22,748 nt of DNA, from contig JBCCQY010000152.1 of assembly GCA_039208735.1 (NCBI GenBank), positions 1-22,748 on the forward strand, read 5' to 3'. The position numbers and the translations under genes are program-made. This document shows, one piece after another, positions 19,860 to 22,748 of this stretch. The DNA comes from Myxococcota bacterium (GTDB lineage: Bacteria; Myxococcota_A; UBA796; GCA-2862545). A model generated the notes under the pieces. The model was not told where the DNA came from and searched no databases. It saw only the letters and a list, made by a program, of their open reading frames with translations. Position 1 is the stretch's first letter, and the number at the start of each line of letters is the position of its first letter.

Positions 19860-21109
19860 GCGGGCGGCCAGTCGAGCGTAACGATGAGGCCGCCGTCTTC
19901 ATGATTGGCAAGACGGACGGCCCCGTCATGTAGATCGACGACCTGCTTCACGATCATGAGCCCGAGCCCGAGTCCCGTCGGGCTCTGGGCCTCGTCTCCT
20001 CGGACAAAGGGGTCGAAAATGGTAGCAAGCTTTTCGGAGTCGATGCCGGGCCCGTGGTCGCGGACGGTAACCCGAGGGCCGTCGAGGAGGATCTCCACAG
20101 GACCCTCGGGCGCGTGCCGGCGGACGTTCTTCAACACGTTCGCCACTGCGCGCGTAGCGAGTTCAGGATCGACAAGCACCGTCGCCCCTTGTCCGATCAC
20201 GGTGGTCCGGGACGGGTCGAGGTCCGACAGCGTTTGAGCCTCGGTCACCAAGGCGGACAGGGACATCGGCTTGGGATCCAGCCGGAAGCCGCCGAGCTGG
20301 AGCCGCGACAAGGTGACCAGTTCACCAACGAGGCGGTTGATTTCGGCCAGATCGGCCCCAAGATCATCGATCCGTGGATGGGCCCCGATCTCGTCCTCAA
20401 GCAGCTCAAGCCGTAGCCCCATGCGCGACAATGGGGTGCGAATCTCGTGGCTCACCCCAGCGACGAGCTGTCGGTCGGCCCGGGTGAGCGCGTCGAGGCG
20501 CTCCGTCATGCGATGAAAAGCCTGGGCAACCTGCTGAAGTTCCGGTGGACCGTCTTCGGGAATCCGATGGTCCAGATCGCCATCGGCCACCCGACCCATG
20601 GCCTGCAAGGCGGTGTTCAGAGGCCGGAGGCTCGCGCGGACCACCCATCCGCCCACGACCACCACCAGCAACACGCCGCCAAAGAGGGCCAGCCCGAGGT
20701 TCTGGCGAGGACGTTCAAGGTCCAGATCACGACGTACCACCACCCAGCCCCGGTCCGTCCGAATGTGCACCCGCTCACGGGGGCCTTGACGGTAGCGAAT
20801 TTCGCGGCCGTCGCGCAGCACCTTCACGACGGGCTTTGGACCTCGCAGCCATCGGGGAGGGGGCCCTTCGCCGGCTCGGAACGCAGGCCGAAGGTGAACT
20901 TCGAGGCCCATCCGTCGTCCGACACGATCGGGAGGGACCCCTTGCTCAACCTGGTCGGCGACGTAGATGGCCTGGTCCAGATAGGCGTCGAACACCTGGT
21001 CATTGAACGGACCGAGCACGCCACGCCCGGTAGTGAGGAAGCCAAGGGCGGCCGTCGCGACCACAACAAAGGCAATGCCTAAGACCAAACGCCATGACAG
21101 CGGCATCAT
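19856..21109 (-). CDS. Membrane sensor histidine kinase (2 TM, HAMP, HisKA, HATPase), CpxA-like
   Basis: Two TM segments, HAMP (RPL..GDLDHRIP..ELQQVAQAF), SHEIRTPL, RDHGPGI and GLGLGL. Confidence 0.93.
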   Translation of the reverse strand: MMPLSWRLVLGIAFVVVATAALGFLTTGRGVLGPFNDQVFDAYLDQAIYVADQVEQGVPPDRVGRRMGLEVHLRPAFRAGEGPPPRWLRGPKPVVKVLRDGREIRYRQGPRERVHIRTDRGWVVVRRDLDLERPRQNLGLALFGGVLLVVVVGGWVVRASLRPLNTALQAMGRVADGDLDHRIPEDGPPELQQVAQAFHRMTERLDALTRADRQLVAGVSHEIRTPLSRMGLRLELLEDEIGAHPRIDDLGADLAEINRLVGELVTLSRLQLGGFRLDPKPMSLSALVTEAQTLSDLDPSRTTVIGQGATVLVDPELATRAVANVLKNVRRHAPEGPVEILLDGPRVTVRDHGPGIDSEKLATIFDPFVRGDEAQSPTGLGLGLMIVKQVVDLHDGAVRLANHEDGGLIVTLDWPPA

Positions 21110-21804
21110 TCCTCCGCGTCGGGGCGTTGGGGCACCGAGTAGCCGACCCCGCGCACCGTCTTGATGAAGCGGGGGGTTCGGGAATCTTCGCCGAGTTTGC
21201 GGCGTAGGTGGCTGATGTGGACGTCGACGGAGCGATCGAACGAGGCGTAGTCTTCCCCCCGCGCCAACTCCATGAGGCGGTCGCGAGGGACCACGCGACC
21301 GGCGCGTTCCACGAGCACCCGAAGGATCTCGAATTCGGTGGTGGTGAGTTCGATGGAAACGCCGTCGAGGATCACCTGACGTCGGTCGGGGTCCACGACG
21401 AGTCCTCCCGCGCGCAGGGTCTGGCCTGAAGTTGGCGGAGGACCGTGGGTGCGGCGAAGTACGGCCTGCAATCGCGCGACCAGTTCCCTCGCATTGAACG
21501 GCTTGGGCAAGTAGTCATCCGCGCCGAGCTCGAGCCCTACGATGCGATCGACGTCGTCGCCTCGCGCGGTGAGCATGATCACAGGCACCTGACTCGTTGC
21601 GCGCAGCCCTCGTAGAACCCCGATGCCATCGAGCCCAGGGAGCATCACGTCGAGGATGACCGCGTCAAACTCGGGTCGTTGAGCTGCTTCGAGGCCTGAA
21701 GGGCCATCGGCCGCCGTGTGCACATCGAACCCACGACTCCCGAGGTATTCGGCGAGGAGTTCCCGAAGGCCAGGATCGTCGTCGATGACGAGCACACGGT
21801 GCAT
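21106..21804 (-). CDS. OmpR-family response regulator, CpxR-like
   Basis: IDDD, LDVMLP, MLTA, GADDYLPKPF and wHTH DRSVDVHISHLRRKL..IKTVRGVGY. Confidence 0.96.
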   Translation of the reverse strand: MHRVLVIDDDPGLRELLAEYLGSRGFDVHTAADGPSGLEAAQRPEFDAVILDVMLPGLDGIGVLRGLRATSQVPVIMLTARGDDVDRIVGLELGADDYLPKPFNARELVARLQAVLRRTHGPPPTSGQTLRAGGLVVDPDRRQVILDGVSIELTTTEFEILRVLVERAGRVVPRDRLMELARGEDYASFDRSVDVHISHLRRKLGEDSRTPRFIKTVRGVGYSVPQRPDAEE

Positions 21805-21813
21805 GGCGTTGCC

Positions 21814-22335
21814 CTAGAGTGTGGTTGGAGCGTGACGACCGCGACGCCCGCGGCCCCGGCGCTCGGCGGCGTGCTGCTCGATGGTGGTCACCCACTGGGT
21901 GCGCTGGTCATCGGACAGGGTGGCGTGGAACGCCAAGATCTGGTCGAGCGCCTCGTGAGCGGCCTCAGGAGCCTTGCCCCGCGGGGTATCGTCGATGGCC
22001 GCGTGCAGGGCCGCCGCATCGGGTGTGGACTTGGCCAGTTCGTTCAGGATGAGGGCGCGCTTCTGCTTGCGAGCCTCGTGATGCGCCTCGCGCGCTTCAG
22101 GCGTGGGACGGTTTTCAGGGCGCGGATGCACACCCTCATGGCCCTTCCGGGTCGGCAGGGTCGCGACCATCTCGTCGAGCTGAGCCTGCTGGGTCTCGGT
22201 CAGCTCTACCGATTCCAGGGACTTCACCAGCCCACGAAGCGGGCCGCGGGGGCCACGGGGACCGTCCTGGGCAAAGGCGAGAGGGGCTGCGGCGGCGAGG
22301 CCGAGCGTGGCGACGATGAGGAGTCGGCGAATCAT
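21814..22335 (-). CDS. Periplasmic Spy/CpxP-like accessory protein
   Basis: GGAGG RBS, signal peptide ending AFA-Q, LTxxQ-like motifs LTETQQ and LSDDQR, and a His/Arg-rich composition. First gene of the RR-HK operon. Confidence 0.75.
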   Translation of the reverse strand: MIRRLLIVATLGLAAAAPLAFAQDGPRGPRGPLRGLVKSLESVELTETQQAQLDEMVATLPTRKGHEGVHPRPENRPTPEAREAHHEARKQKRALILNELAKSTPDAAALHAAIDDTPRGKAPEAAHEALDQILAFHATLSDDQRTQWVTTIEQHAAERRGRGRRGRHAPTTL

Positions 22336-22500
22336 GGTACCTCCGTGTTCGTTGGTGTCCTTGATTTAGACCGCGCCCTTGTCGTCTTCGTTGGCTCCCG
22401 CCAAGGGTTCGTTCGATTGTGTGAAGGAACCTTAAAAGGCCCCGCCACACCAAGGGGTGACGGGGCCAAGACATTGCCTTCAACCTATCGAAGTGACGAT

Positions 22501-22748
22501 CGCTGGCCTTCGGCGCTGCGCGCCTGCAGGGCCTAGGCGGTTCATCGTGCAGGTTCGAACAACCACTGGCCTTCGGCGCTGCGCGCCTGCAGGGCCTAGG
22601 CGGTTCATCGTGCAGGTTCGAACAACCGCTGGCCTTCGGCGCTGCGCGCCTGCAGGCCTAGGCGGTTCATCGTGCAGGTTCGAACAACCGCTGGCCTTCG
22701 GCGCTGCGCGCCTGCAGGGCCTAGGCGGTTCATCGTGCAGGTTCGAAC
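22501..22748. repeat. Tandem array of a 63-bp palindromic unit, about 4 copies, truncated by the window end
   Basis: Units start at 22501, 22564, 22627 and 22689. Copy 2 has one substitution and copy 3 a 1-bp deletion. Confidence 0.97.

Noticed and set aside
22419..22439. CpxR/OmpR-type binding site upstream of the cpxP-like gene
   Set aside because: Only a weak match to GTAAA-N5-GTAAA.
22548..22563. tRNA fragment suggested by GCAGGTTCGAAC (T-loop-like)
   Set aside because: No complementary T-stem follows and no cloverleaf can be formed.
22501..22748. CRISPR array
   Set aside because: The sequences between palindromes are identical, so there are no unique spacers, and no cas genes are in the window.

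Overview
GC-rich bacterial window with densely packed genes. The gene content (valS-nadC-birA, DUF4342-TPR, many lipoproteins) suggests Myxococcota or a related deltaproteobacterium, though this is inference. Left part: a partial FlgD-Ig-domain gene, a sensor-less histidine kinase, a minus-strand acyltransferase / ABC1 kinase / hypothetical / site-2 protease run, a lipoprotein, a TonB-C-terminal protein, an SRPBCC protein and a small J-domain-like protein. Middle: valS-nadC-birA, a divergent MarR + alpha/beta-hydrolase pair, a YbjN-like gene, an RluA-family pseudouridine synthase and a DUF4342-TPR gene. Right part, the most interesting: an unannotated 49-aa Asp-rich lipoprotein, then a collagen-stalked, lipid-anchored PhoX phosphatase behind a candidate Pho box, then an uncharacterised di-haem c lipoprotein. 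A CpxP/CpxR/CpxA-like module follows on the minus strand. The window ends inside a 63-bp palindromic tandem array whose motif also occurs between phoX and the haem gene. No rRNA, tRNA, CRISPR array or transposase was recognised.
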